Notes: generated by a model from the letters alone, not told the origin. A DNA stretch of 64,000 nt from an uncultured Acidobacteriota bacterium (GCA_963829355.1 CAWHHZ010000008.1:97075-161074), one strand, 5' to 3'. Positions 20,223-29,778 are shown, counted from the stretch's first letter. Translations and numbers: made by a program.

Positions 20223-23200
20223 ATGAGAAAGATGCTGGAGGTGTTCCGTTTCGAGCTTACCTACCAGTTGCGGCGTCTCTCGACGCTGGTCTATTTCGTC
20301 ATCGTTCTCGGCCTCTGCATCATGCTCATGCAGGTGATGGCCGAGGAGGAAACGTACTTCAATGCGCCCTACGTCGTCACGGTTGCGGTGGTGGTGGGGA
20401 GCCTGCTCGCGCTGCTGATCGTCGCCGCCTTCGCCGGGGACGCCGCGACACGGGACATCGAAGAGCGGATGCACCCGCTCTTCTACAGCTCACCCGTGGG
20501 GAAGGGCGCGTATCTGAGCGGGCGCTTCCTGGGAGCATTCGTCGTCAGCGCACTCGTCTTCTCCGCTCTTCCTTTCGGTGCACTCGTGGCGACGTGGATG
20601 CCGGGAGTCGAGCCGGAGACACTCGCCCCCTTCAGCGTCTCGGTGTATGTCGTGCCGTACCTTCTCTTTGCGCTGCCGAACGCATTCGTCGCGACAGCCT
20701 TGATGTTCGGTCTCGCGACGCTCACGCGCCGGTCGATCGCGAGCTATGCAGGTGCCGCGTTTCTCTTCTTCTTCTCCATGGTGTGCGGAAAACTCGTGGC
20801 GCCGCAGGTTGGCTGGAGCGTCGGAAAGCTACTCGATCCGATAGGCTACGCGACTGTCTGGGAGTTGTGGTTGTCGCTGAATCCGATCCAGAAGAACACG
20901 TTCGTTCTGACCCTGGATATGGCGCTGCTCAGAAATCGTCTGCTCTGGATCGGTTTGGGACTGGCGGTTCTCGGTGTGACGTATGCCCGGTTTCGATTCG
21001 CACACGGAGCCGCCTCCCGGCGACGAACATGGATTCGGCGGCAGCCGGCGGAGGTCGATGATCACGTCCGCCGGGAAGCCATCGCGGTACCGCCGACGAG
21101 ACGAGTCTTCGACGTCTCGACCCGCGCGCGGCAACTGCTCACGATCACGACACGCTCGTTCCGCGACCTTCATACGAGCCGGGTGTGGTGGATCGTTCCC
21201 CTGGTGGTCATCTTCTTTTTGTTGAATGCGCCGGAGCTGACGACGCTGGAGATGGGAACCCCCGGACCGATGACCACGGCACGCCTCCTGGGGTTCGTCA
21301 GTGGGGACGTGTCGGTGTTGCTGACGATCCTGATCGCCCTGCTCGCCGGAGAGCTCGTCTGGCGCGAGCGCGACTCGCGTCTTCATCCGCTTACCGACGT
21401 CACTCCGGTACCTGGATGGATTCCGGTGGCGGGCAAGTTCCTCGCTCTCGCCCTGATGCTCGCCGTAACCCTCGGCATCTTCCTCCTCGCAGGCGTCTAC
21501 CTGCAGACGGGCGTCGGTAGCGATCGAGTCGATCTGGCACTCTACGTTCAGGTCCTGTACGGACTCCAACTACCCGAATATCTGCTGATCGCCGCGCTTG
21601 CAATCGTGATTCACGTCGTGGTGAATCAGAAGTACGTCGCGAACGCCATCCTCGTGCTCCTTCCCGTCGTGAGAGAACACATCGGAGTCGACAGGCTTCT
21701 GCTCTACGGCAGTCTTCCGAAATGGGGGCACTCAGCGATCTCCGGTTTTGGTCCGGGCGTCGAAGCACGACTCTGGTTTACTCTCTACTTCGGCGGATGG
21801 GCGCTGCTCTTTGTGGTGGTGAGTCATCTCTTCTGGATCCGAGGCGAGGGAGGTGGCCTGAGGCGTAGAGGCGCGATCGCCCGGCGGCGCATGACGCGGG
21901 CGGCCGCCATGCTCGGCGCCGCCGGCCTTGCAACGATTGCCGGCGCCGGTGGCTTCATCCTCTACCAAACTTATATTCGGAACGAGTCTCCGTCGGCTGC
22001 CCGGATCGAGCAGCGGCGCGCGGAGTACGAGCGTCGCTACGGGCACTACGCGTCCCTCCCCCAGCCGGTTCCAACGGGGACGAAGCTACAGGTCGATTTC
22101 TACCCCCGTCGAGGCGAGGCCATGATTCGCGGGAGCTATCGTCTCGAGAATCGCAGCAACACGGCGATCGACGCGATCCATGTCGCCATCGCGGACGCGG
22201 CCAAAACGACCGTGGTGTCTTTCGATCGCGCCTCACGCGCGACGCTTACCGACGACGCGATGGAGTACAGGATCTACGCGCTCGATCAGGCGCTTGAAGC
22301 GGGCGAGTCGCTGCGTATGGATTTCGAGGTCGGTATCGAGACCAATGTGTTCAGCGATTACGTCCTCCCTCCAGCCGTGCGGAATGGTTCGGTGATCACA
22401 CACAAGCCGCGAGACGGTCAACATTGGCTGCCAATCATCGGATATCAGACGTTTCGGGAGCTCGACAGCGCCGTCCTGCGCAAGAAGTACGGACTTCCTG
22501 AACGCCCGCCTTACCCACATCTCGGTGACAACCCTGTCGGCAATGAGCAGAAGGGGTATGAACAGGTCCAGCTCGAGACGATCGTCGGCACCGACGCCGG
22601 TCAGATCGGCGTTGCCCCCGGGGAGTTGCGCCGAACGTGGACCGAGAATGGTCGCCGCTATACCCACTACGCCACCGACGCACCGATCAGCAACGCCTGG
22701 GCGATCACCTCTGCGGACTATGCGGTGCACCGCGCCGAGTGGACGTCACCGTCCGGCGAGACGGTCGACATCGAGATCTTTCACCACCCGACACACACGG
22801 CGAATCTCGAGCGAATGGAGCACAGCGCGAAGGCTTCGCTCGATTACAACACGAAGCAGTTCGGCCCGTACCCGTACCGACAGCTCCGGTTTGTGGAAAC
22901 ACCGAGCGCATCGTTCTGGCTGGGGATGAGTGCGTACAGCGGTCTGATCACGTTCCAGGAGGGCTTCTCACTCCTTAGGCCCGAAGATGACTCGCGAGCG
23001 ATCGATTTCCCGTTCGCCGTGGTAGCCCACGAAGTGGGACATCAGTGGTGGGGGCATCAGCTCACGCCGGCCCTCGTCGAAGGCGCGGCGTTTCTGGCGG
23101 AGAGTCTCTCCTGGTACAGCGGCATGCTCGTGGTGGAGGAGACCTTCGGCCGCGAGCATCTGCAGCGAATCCTCGACATGATGCGCGCGCAATACATGGG

Positions 23201-23795
23201 GCCGCACCAGCCGCGTGAGGTCCCGCTGCTTCGTGCCGTCGAGCAACTCGACGCCTATCGGGTGGGGCCGTTCGCGATGTACGCCCTGCGTGAAGCCGTC
23301 AGTGTCGACACTGTGAACGACGCACTGCGGAACCTGCTCGCGAAGTTCCCGCCGGGACGCGCACCGTACCCGACGACGCTCGACTTCTACGCGGAGCTGC
23401 GCACCGCGACTCCCCCCTCGATGCACTGGCTTCTGAAGGATCTATTCGAAGAGATCACGTTCTGGGATCTTCGTGCGAAGGGCATGGAGGTCGAGAGGGC
23501 GGAGACCGGTGGTCATCGCGTGAAATTCGAGGTGGAGGCTCAGAAGCTGAAGGGTGATGAAACAGGGACTGAGCGAGTCGTCCCCATGAACGATCCGGTC
23601 GAGGTGGTCTTCTACGACGGGGATGGCGATGCTGTCTACCGAAGGTCTCATCGCCTTCGCTCGGGAGCGCAGACGATCGAGGTCACCGTCGCTCGTCCTC
23701 CCGTGCGTGCGGCGCTCGATCCCGACCACGAGTTGCTGGATCGGAACACGGACGACAACGCGGTCGCGATCGGCAACGGGGCTCGCAATGAGTGA
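20223..23795 (+). CDS. ABC-2-type permease fused to M1-family zinc metallopeptidase (copy 2)
   Basis: 1190 aa. The N-terminus 'MLEVFRFELTYQLRR' parallels copy 1's 'MKFLEVIRFELFYQFRQ'. M1 motif 'VVAHEVGHQWWGHQ...LAESLSWY'. No GAMEN. Confidence 0.8.
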   Translation: MRKMLEVFRFELTYQLRRLSTLVYFVIVLGLCIMLMQVMAEEETYFNAPYVVTVAVVVGSLLALLIVAAFAGDAATRDIEERMHPLFYSSPVGKGAYLSGRFLGAFVVSALVFSALPFGALVATWMPGVEPETLAPFSVSVYVVPYLLFALPNAFVATALMFGLATLTRRSIASYAGAAFLFFFSMVCGKLVAPQVGWSVGKLLDPIGYATVWELWLSLNPIQKNTFVLTLDMALLRNRLLWIGLGLAVLGVTYARFRFAHGAASRRRTWIRRQPAEVDDHVRREAIAVPPTRRVFDVSTRARQLLTITTRSFRDLHTSRVWWIVPLVVIFFLLNAPELTTLEMGTPGPMTTARLLGFVSGDVSVLLTILIALLAGELVWRERDSRLHPLTDVTPVPGWIPVAGKFLALALMLAVTLGIFLLAGVYLQTGVGSDRVDLALYVQVLYGLQLPEYLLIAALAIVIHVVVNQKYVANAILVLLPVVREHIGVDRLLLYGSLPKWGHSAISGFGPGVEARLWFTLYFGGWALLFVVVSHLFWIRGEGGGLRRRGAIARRRMTRAAAMLGAAGLATIAGAGGFILYQTYIRNESPSAARIEQRRAEYERRYGHYASLPQPVPTGTKLQVDFYPRRGEAMIRGSYRLENRSNTAIDAIHVAIADAAKTTVVSFDRASRATLTDDAMEYRIYALDQALEAGESLRMDFEVGIETNVFSDYVLPPAVRNGSVITHKPRDGQHWLPIIGYQTFRELDSAVLRKKYGLPERPPYPHLGDNPVGNEQKGYEQVQLETIVGTDAGQIGVAPGELRRTWTENGRRYTHYATDAPISNAWAITSADYAVHRAEWTSPSGETVDIEIFHHPTHTANLERMEHSAKASLDYNTKQFGPYPYRQLRFVETPSASFWLGMSAYSGLITFQEGFSLLRPEDDSRAIDFPFAVVAHEVGHQWWGHQLTPALVEGAAFLAESLSWYSGMLVVEETFGREHLQRILDMMRAQYMGPHQPREVPLLRAVEQLDAYRVGPFAMYALREAVSVDTVNDALRNLLAKFPPGRAPYPTTLDFYAELRTATPPSMHWLLKDLFEEITFWDLRAKGMEVERAETGGHRVKFEVEAQKLKGDETGTERVVPMNDPVEVVFYDGDGDAVYRRSHRLRSGAQTIEVTVARPPVRAALDPDHELLDRNTDDNAVAIGNGARNE

Positions 23796-24031
23796 TCGAA
23801 AGGACGAAGCCGAAGGTGCTCATTGGGTGACGCACCTCCCCGGCCTGCCTCGAAACCGGAACCGGCCGGGACGTTCGCGACGCGTCCTCACTCGAGCGCA
23901 AGCTCGATCGCCTTTTCCAGATCCTCGTCGCTTCCCGCGGCGACGCCAGCAATCGTTCGTGTGACTTCGACGTGAGGGATCAGACCCACCCGCTGAATTG
24001 ACGTCCGTCGGCATGGCGGACATCCATAGCG

Positions 24032-24302
24032 GTGAACATGATCAGATTCTCACCGGGCAGCCTCGTGAAGCTGACGTTCCCGTTGGAGCCGGAGGTCGAT
24101 GACCTCGATCGAGCGGCGGCTGACGAAGCCGTTCTATCGGATTCATCGTTCCACGATCGTCAATGCAGACGCCGTTCACGAGGTCGAAACCGATCGTGCC
24201 GGCACGACCGCGGTGATTCTCAAAGACGGTACCCGACTCAGCTCGAGTACCTCCTACCGCGACAGCGTGGAGGCAATGCTGGAGGATTCAACTAGCTTCT
24301 GA
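24032..24302 (+). pseudogene. LytTR DNA-binding domain remnant (C-terminal fragment, receiver domain absent, internal frameshift)
   Basis: ORF 24099..24302 has 'TKPFYRIHRSTIVNADAVHEV...ILKDGTRLSSSTSYRDS' (a LytTR core). The upstream 'SLVKLTFPLEPEV' is in another frame. There is no room for a receiver domain before the stop of the preceding gene at 23795. Confidence 0.5.
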
Positions 24303-24312
24303 GTGGCCGTAG

Positions 24313-25238
24313 ATAGGGGTAGGGAGAGGCCCTTAGTTAGGCCTCCCCCTCCCTCCGAACCGGACGTGCGGATCTCCCGCATCCGGCTCTCCGGTTGGTG
24401 AGTTACCTGCGATAGGGCTGTCGGACGTTCGCGTGTTCTGCGCTGAGGATGAACAGACCGCGATCGGCAAAGAAGCGGTTGGGCCAGCGATAATGGTCGT
24501 GTCCTCGTCCACTGCGACGGCGGTGAGAGCGTCGGAACTTGCGTCTGCTCAGCACCGCCCGAAGGCGATACCGAACGTACTGATCAAGCTGCGTGAACGC
24601 ACCGCGTGAGCTGTGTTTGAAGAACGCGAACCATCCTCGCAGGACCGTTGCCTCCTTTGACCCCTCTTTCGAGGGCTTCCAGCATGCGTTCGGTCCAGAC
24701 TCGGGCTTCGACCCATGGCCATCGGCCTCGGATCTCTCCGCCGCGCTCTAGGTCTCCCACTGCTCGCGGTTGGTCTTGCTCTTGTCTGTCTGTCACGCAT
24801 TCACCTTCCTGCCCTCCTTTGCTCCACGCCCGTTACGACGCTTCCCAGCTCTTATGAGGGCTCTGACTTCCCGCCCACGGTCATCCGCCGCGGCGGGGGA
24901 TCCCCGGTTCACTACACTCGAACTTCCTACCGTTCTGTCTCCAACCACACCCATGACTCCCTCGGTCGCTTTCTCTTCACGCTCTTTCCCTCAGCGCCAG
25001 GGCTCTCCCTTAGGGCCGTTTCCCGTCTGCACCCACCGGGTCTTCGGGCTTCGGACAAACCCCGCAGCCTCGCCAGTCATAAATGCCGAATCGAGTTTCT
25101 CTCGTACGGACCGGTAGTTCACCTCCAGTTGCTCTCCACCCCGCCTTACGGCGACGCAGTTACTTTCGGTTGTCAGCCAGTGAGCGGCTGGCTGGAAGGG
25201 ACTCTCACCCTTCTGTTCAAGTGCGCTCCCGAGCGCAC
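24313..25238 (-). mobile_element. group II intron (about 926 nt) with internally deleted intron-encoded protein
   Basis: On the minus strand, the 5' end is GTGCG at 25238. Domain V is GAGCCGGATGCGGGAGATCCGCACGTCCGGTTC at 24389..24357. Domain VI is a helix GGGAGGGGGAGGCC/GGCCTCTCCCTACCCC with a bulged A at 24320, 7 nt from the 3' end '...CUAU' (24313). The IEP remnant at about 24440..24796 has 'RVWTERMLEALERGVKGG' (RT domain-0 N-terminus) joined directly to 'RGWFAFFKHSSRGAFTQLDQYVRYRLRAVLSRRKFRRSHRRRSGRGHDHYRWPNRFFADRGLFILSAEHA' (domain X / C-terminus), with the RT core missing. Confidence 0.75.
24357..24389 (-). ncRNA. group II intron catalytic domain V
   Basis: 33-nt hairpin with the AGC triad and two-nucleotide bulge. 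It matches the bacterial DV consensus GAGCCGUAUGCG...CGCACGUACGGUUC at 30 of 33 positions. Confidence 0.8.
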
Positions 25239-25359
25239 GGGGTCGGACGTCCTCGTCCGATGAGTCCCGGCGTCCTCGCCGAGGACCTCATGCTGCGCAG
25301 CGCCAACTTACGCGGAGCCGGGGACGGCTTCGCGCCATCGGACGGGGACGTCCGACCCC
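25239..25359. other. long hairpin (24-bp stem, 73-nt loop) immediately 5' of the intron insertion point and 17 nt downstream of the TPR gene stop
   Basis: GGGGTCGGACGTCCTCGTCCGATG (25239-25262) is the reverse complement of CATCGGACGGGGACGTCCGACCCC (25336-25359) with one mismatch. Confidence 0.7.
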
Positions 25360-25375
25360 CACTGCGGGCTGCACC

Positions 25376-27574
25376 TCACCACTGCGCCGCGAGATCGGGA
25401 CGGCCGAGACTTCGGTAGGCCTCGGCGATCATCGCTTTCGTCGAGGGTGATGGGTTGGAGGCCGAGAGGGCACGCATCGTTCGCTCGGCCTCGCCGGCAT
25501 TTCTCTGAAGAAGCTGAATCGCGGCGAGTCGGATGTACGCTTCCCTGTTCTGAGGGAACTCGTCCGCTTCCCGGCGGAACGCTCCCTTCGCCTCGTCGAG
25601 CCGGCCCTGGCGCGCAAGGATGTCTGCTCGGGTGAACGATTCACCAGCAACCCGATCTCCCGGCGTCGACTCCAGTTGTTCGAGGATTGCGAGCGCCTCG
25701 TCGAGACGACGCTGCGCCACCAGCGCCTGCGCGCGGACGACGAGTGCATCATCCCGCGTGGCGCTGTCGGCGAGTGCCGCACCGAGGGCCCCGTCCGCTT
25801 CGGCGGCTCGACCGATCCCGATCAGAGCACGTGCTCGCACCAGCGCGGCACTCGACGGATGCGCATCTTCGCGCGAGATCAGCGTGATCGAGTGCCTCCT
25901 GGAACTGACCCAGCTTCAGATACACCTCTGCAAGAGAGAGAGCTGTTCCCGGGGCGAGCAGCGGTGAAACGTCGATGGTTCTGCGGTACGCATTGACCGC
26001 GTCCTCATACCGGCCCGACAGATCGTACGCGCGGCCGAGAAGGGTCCATGCGTCCGCAAAGGCCGGATTTCGCGACAACGATCTTCTCGAGCGCGACGAC
26101 GGCGCTCGCACTATCGCCCTCCCGGATCGATCGGGTGGCCACCATGTAGGCTTCCAGATCACCGATACGCTCCTTTGGATCTGGCAGGGCGCCATTCGAG
26201 CTCGCACCTCCGCCACCGAGATACCCGAGCGCCGAGAGCTTCGAAGCTTCTTCAGACGAAATCGCGGTCGGAGCGGCGAGCGCGCGATCATACGTCAGCG
26301 AGCTCGTCCCGCATCGACGCGTACGTCCTTCGCTCGCCCGCGAGGATGTTGCGGGCCTCGCCCGGATCGCTCGACAGATCGTACAACTCCGGCGACGGTG
26401 CCTCGATGTAGTGGAACGTCGTGCCGACGAGCGACGCGAGATCGCTCCACCCGAGATGGATGCGCGGGTACATCGTCTCGCTGTAGATGCGACGTTCTTC
26501 AGCGTCGTCATCAGTGAGCAACGAATGCCCTGCGACCGCGGATGGATCGTAATCGAGACCGGCAAGCGTCGCGATCGTGGGAAAGATATCGATCAGTCCG
26601 ACGGGCCGTTCGACTCTGGTCGCCGCCTGCTCGGAACCGGCAAGTTTGACGAACAGCGGAACGTGGATCGCTTCGCGGTAGAGAAAGATTCCGTGCTCGC
26701 TCTCGCCGTGATCACCGAGACCCTCTCCATGATCGGACATGAAGATGATCGTCGCTCCGTCGTAGAGACCGCTCTGGCGGAGATGGTCGAGGAACCGCCC
26801 CACGTAGGCATCTGCCGTGGCAATTTCGCCGTCGTATGGACGGTCGGCGTACGCTTTTGCAAACGGCTCCCCCGGCTCGTATGGGGTGTGAGGCTCGAAC
26901 AGGTGGACGAACAGAAAGAATTGGTCGGAGCCAACTGAGTCGATCCACTCGAGTGCGGACGATACCGTGAGGTCACCGCTTCGCTGGATCTCTCCCACGA
27001 TCGCACCGGGCATACTCTCCATCTCGTCGTCGTAGTGGTCGAACGCGGCTCCGAGACCGGTCTCCTTCCGCAGTACGTATGCCGACACGGCTCCCCCGGT
27101 CATGTATCCCTTTTTCTTCAGCAACAGAGGCAGCGACGGCATCGTCGGATCGAAGCGGTATCCGAGGTTGTTGCGGACTCCAGTCGCCGCGGGGAGCCTG
27201 CCCGTGAGCATCGATACGTGCGAGGGGAGCGTGAGCGGGACCTGCGAGTACGCATTCTCGAACACGATCGAGTCGGCAGCGAGCGCATCGATCGCAGGCG
27301 TCTCGACACCCGTTGCTCCGTAGACCGGAAGATGATCGGCCCGCAGAGTATCGACAGAAATGATAATGACCGGACCGGAGGCGGCAGGCGAGGACACGTC
27401 CTCGCGGCCACAGGCGGACGTCAGGAGAAGCAAGAGGACGAAAGATGAAAGATGAAAGATGAAAGATGAAGGTCGTGGCACTGCGGGGATTTCATTGCTC
27501 ATCGTTATGCCTTCGCTCATAGCTCCGCCTCCATCGCTCCGCTCCGTCCTTTCATCGTTCATCTCATCGTTCAT
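25376..27574 (-). pseudogene. sulfatase-like hydrolase/transferase fused to TPR repeats (paralog of 27614..29701). The sulfatase domain ORF is intact and the TPR half is broken by about 3 frameshifts
   Basis: ORF 26288..27574 is the sulfatase domain ('IIISVDTLRADHLPVYG'). The linker and TPR regions align to the intact paralog but are spread over ORFs 26005..26565, 25749..26291 and 25376..25840 in three frames. Confidence 0.55.
27437..27471. repeat. (GATGAAA)x5 heptamer array, lying inside the signal-peptide codons of the minus-strand sulfatase gene
   Basis: The reverse complement encodes 'PSSFIFHLSSFV' of the ORF 26288..27574 N-terminus. Confidence 0.85.
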
Positions 27575-27628
27575 CTTTCATTCGTTCATCGTTCATCGTT
27601 CATCGTTCATCGTTCATCGTTCGTTCAT
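27550..27628. repeat. (CGTTCAT)n heptamer array (about 6 perfect units plus degenerate units)
   Basis: Direct reading. It overlaps the stop codon of 27614..29701 and the 5' region of 26288..27574. Confidence 0.85.
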
Positions 27629-29701
27629 CACCTGCCGTGCCTCGGCGGCGAGTGAGCGCATTTGCGGATCGTCGTTGGTCTCGATTGCCTGGTTGAGTAC
27701 AGCATCTGCCTCAGTGGCACGTCCCTGTGCGCCAGTGACAAGCGCCAGGTTCACCCATGCCATCCGATGATCGGGAAACGCGGTGACCTCCGCACGGAAC
27801 GCCTGCTCAGCTTCCGGTGTGCGCCGGAGCTGGAGAAGTGCCTGACCGCGACGGAACTCGAGCTCTCGAATCGGAGGCTTCGGACCGCTGGCAGTCTTCG
27901 CTCTCACCTGATTGAGAAGATCGAGCTCACGCGCGATTTCGCCCCGTTCATGCGCGATCAGAGACAGGAGCATGAGCGGTTCCGTACGCGAGGAATCCGC
28001 CGCCGCCGATGCATTCGCTGCTCGTTCGGCGGCCTCGGTATTGCCCCGGGCCATTTCGATTCGCGCGATCAGATCGTTCGCGATCGCAGGTGCGTAATCG
28101 AGCGCGAGCTCGGCATACGTCCTCGCCTCGTCATAACGTCTCATCTCGTACGTGACTGAAGAGAGCGCGAGCGCTGTTTGCGGATTCCCCGGCGACCGCT
28201 CCATCTGGGTCTCGAGGGCGCTGAGGGCCGTCGCGTAGTCTCCCTTCTTTCGGCTCGCCGACGAGATCAGACCCCACGCCTGCAGAAAGTCGGGATTCTC
28301 GGCGACGATCGAGCGTCCGATCTTCAGAGCCTGTTCGAGGTCGCCGCGCTGGAACGCTCCGGCCCCTTTCCCGAACTCAGTGAGGAGACCGATCTTGTCT
28401 TTTGGATCGGGTCGAGAGCCATCAGATGCGGCACTTCCACCACCGAGGTATCCGAGCGACTCGAGCTTCGCCAGATCCTCCGGATCCGCGACGGCTGGCT
28501 CCGAGAAGGGATGCGCAGCGACCGTCGAACGAAGCTGTTCGCGCATCGCCGCCACGAGCCGCCGCTGCTCCGCGGCAATGTTGTCCCGTTCCGCCGGATC
28601 GCGCTGGTAGTCGTAGAGCTCGACCACCGGTGCATCGATCAGGTGGTGACGATTGTCGATCTTCGAGAAGAGCTCGCTCCAGCCGTAGTGGAGCCGTGGA
28701 TAGAACGTCTCGCTGTAGATCGCGCGGTCCGCGGGGATCTCTCCGAGCAGATCGATCCCCTCCGGCTGGTCCGGCGGCTCGATTCCCGTCAGCGCGAGGA
28801 CTGTCGGGAAGATGTCCGTCAGAGACACCGGAGCAGCGACCGTCTCACCCGCGCGTCGATTACCGGGGAGCTTGACGAGAAGAGGAACCTGGATTGCCTC
28901 CCTGTAGAGAAACACGCCGTGCTCGAGCTCCCCGTGGTCCCCGAGTCCTTCTCCGTGATCGGACAGGATGACGATGAGCGACTCCTCGTAGAGGCTCTTT
29001 TCCCTGAGGAAGTCGAGAAACCGGCCCACGATCTCGTCCGACCGCGCGACCTCGCCATCGTAGGCATCGTCGACATCGGTGGCCCACGGTTCAGGCGGGG
29101 TGTATGGATAGTGAGGTTCGTAGATGTGGAGAAACCCGAAGATCTTCCGACCGGTGACTGAATCGATCCAGCCTTCCAGTTTCCCTGCCGACTCCTCGCC
29201 GTTTCTCTGCCACGAGCTGATCGTATCGACCGGCGCCTCGGTCATCTCGTCGTCGTAGAACGAAAAGCCGCGAGAGATGCCGGTATCGCTTCTCAGGACA
29301 TAGCTCGAGACCGCGGCTCCTGTCTGATAGCCACTTCGCTGAAGGATCTCCTGAATCATTGGGAGATCCTCACCGATCGTATAGCCGATGTTGTCGCGGA
29401 CACCGTGCCTGTACGGCTGGGCTCCGCTGAGGATCGTCGTGTGCGATGGCAGGGTCATCGGGACGCTGCTGAATGCACGCTCAAAGAGGATTCCATCGGA
29501 ACGGAATTGATCGATTGCCGGAGTCGCGACGGCGTCGTATCCGTAGACTGGAAGACGATCCGATCGAAGCGTATCGATCGAGATAATGAAGACCGGCGGC
29601 GGCTCGATCACCGTGGCAGGCGCTGGGTCTTCGCCGCCACAGTTGATCAGCAAGGCGAGGATGCTCAACGGCAGGAGCAGAGTGGACAGGCAATTTCTCA
29701 C
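27614..29701 (-). CDS. sulfatase-like hydrolase/transferase with C-terminal TPR repeats (intact copy)
   Basis: 695 aa, GTG start. Lipoprotein-like signal ('LLINCGG'). Alkaline-phosphatase-superfamily N-terminal domain. C-terminal roughly 280 aa are TPR-like. Confidence 0.75.
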   Translation of the reverse strand: MRNCLSTLLLPLSILALLINCGGEDPAPATVIEPPPVFIISIDTLRSDRLPVYGYDAVATPAIDQFRSDGILFERAFSSVPMTLPSHTTILSGAQPYRHGVRDNIGYTIGEDLPMIQEILQRSGYQTGAAVSSYVLRSDTGISRGFSFYDDEMTEAPVDTISSWQRNGEESAGKLEGWIDSVTGRKIFGFLHIYEPHYPYTPPEPWATDVDDAYDGEVARSDEIVGRFLDFLREKSLYEESLIVILSDHGEGLGDHGELEHGVFLYREAIQVPLLVKLPGNRRAGETVAAPVSLTDIFPTVLALTGIEPPDQPEGIDLLGEIPADRAIYSETFYPRLHYGWSELFSKIDNRHHLIDAPVVELYDYQRDPAERDNIAAEQRRLVAAMREQLRSTVAAHPFSEPAVADPEDLAKLESLGYLGGGSAASDGSRPDPKDKIGLLTEFGKGAGAFQRGDLEQALKIGRSIVAENPDFLQAWGLISSASRKKGDYATALSALETQMERSPGNPQTALALSSVTYEMRRYDEARTYAELALDYAPAIANDLIARIEMARGNTEAAERAANASAAADSSRTEPLMLLSLIAHERGEIARELDLLNQVRAKTASGPKPPIRELEFRRGQALLQLRRTPEAEQAFRAEVTAFPDHRMAWVNLALVTGAQGRATEADAVLNQAIETNDDPQMRSLAAEARQVMNER

Positions 29702-29778
29702 GCTGACACTAACGAGAGGATGGGGCTCTCTGCTTCCTGAGGAGACCCGCCCTCGCGGAGTCGAGCTCTACAGAAGGT

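Noticed and set aside
24715-25263. 182-aa plus-strand ORF and overlapping small ORFs at 24549-25418
   Set aside because: They fall inside the group II intron ribozyme on the opposite strand or in its IEP remnant. No domain similarity was found.
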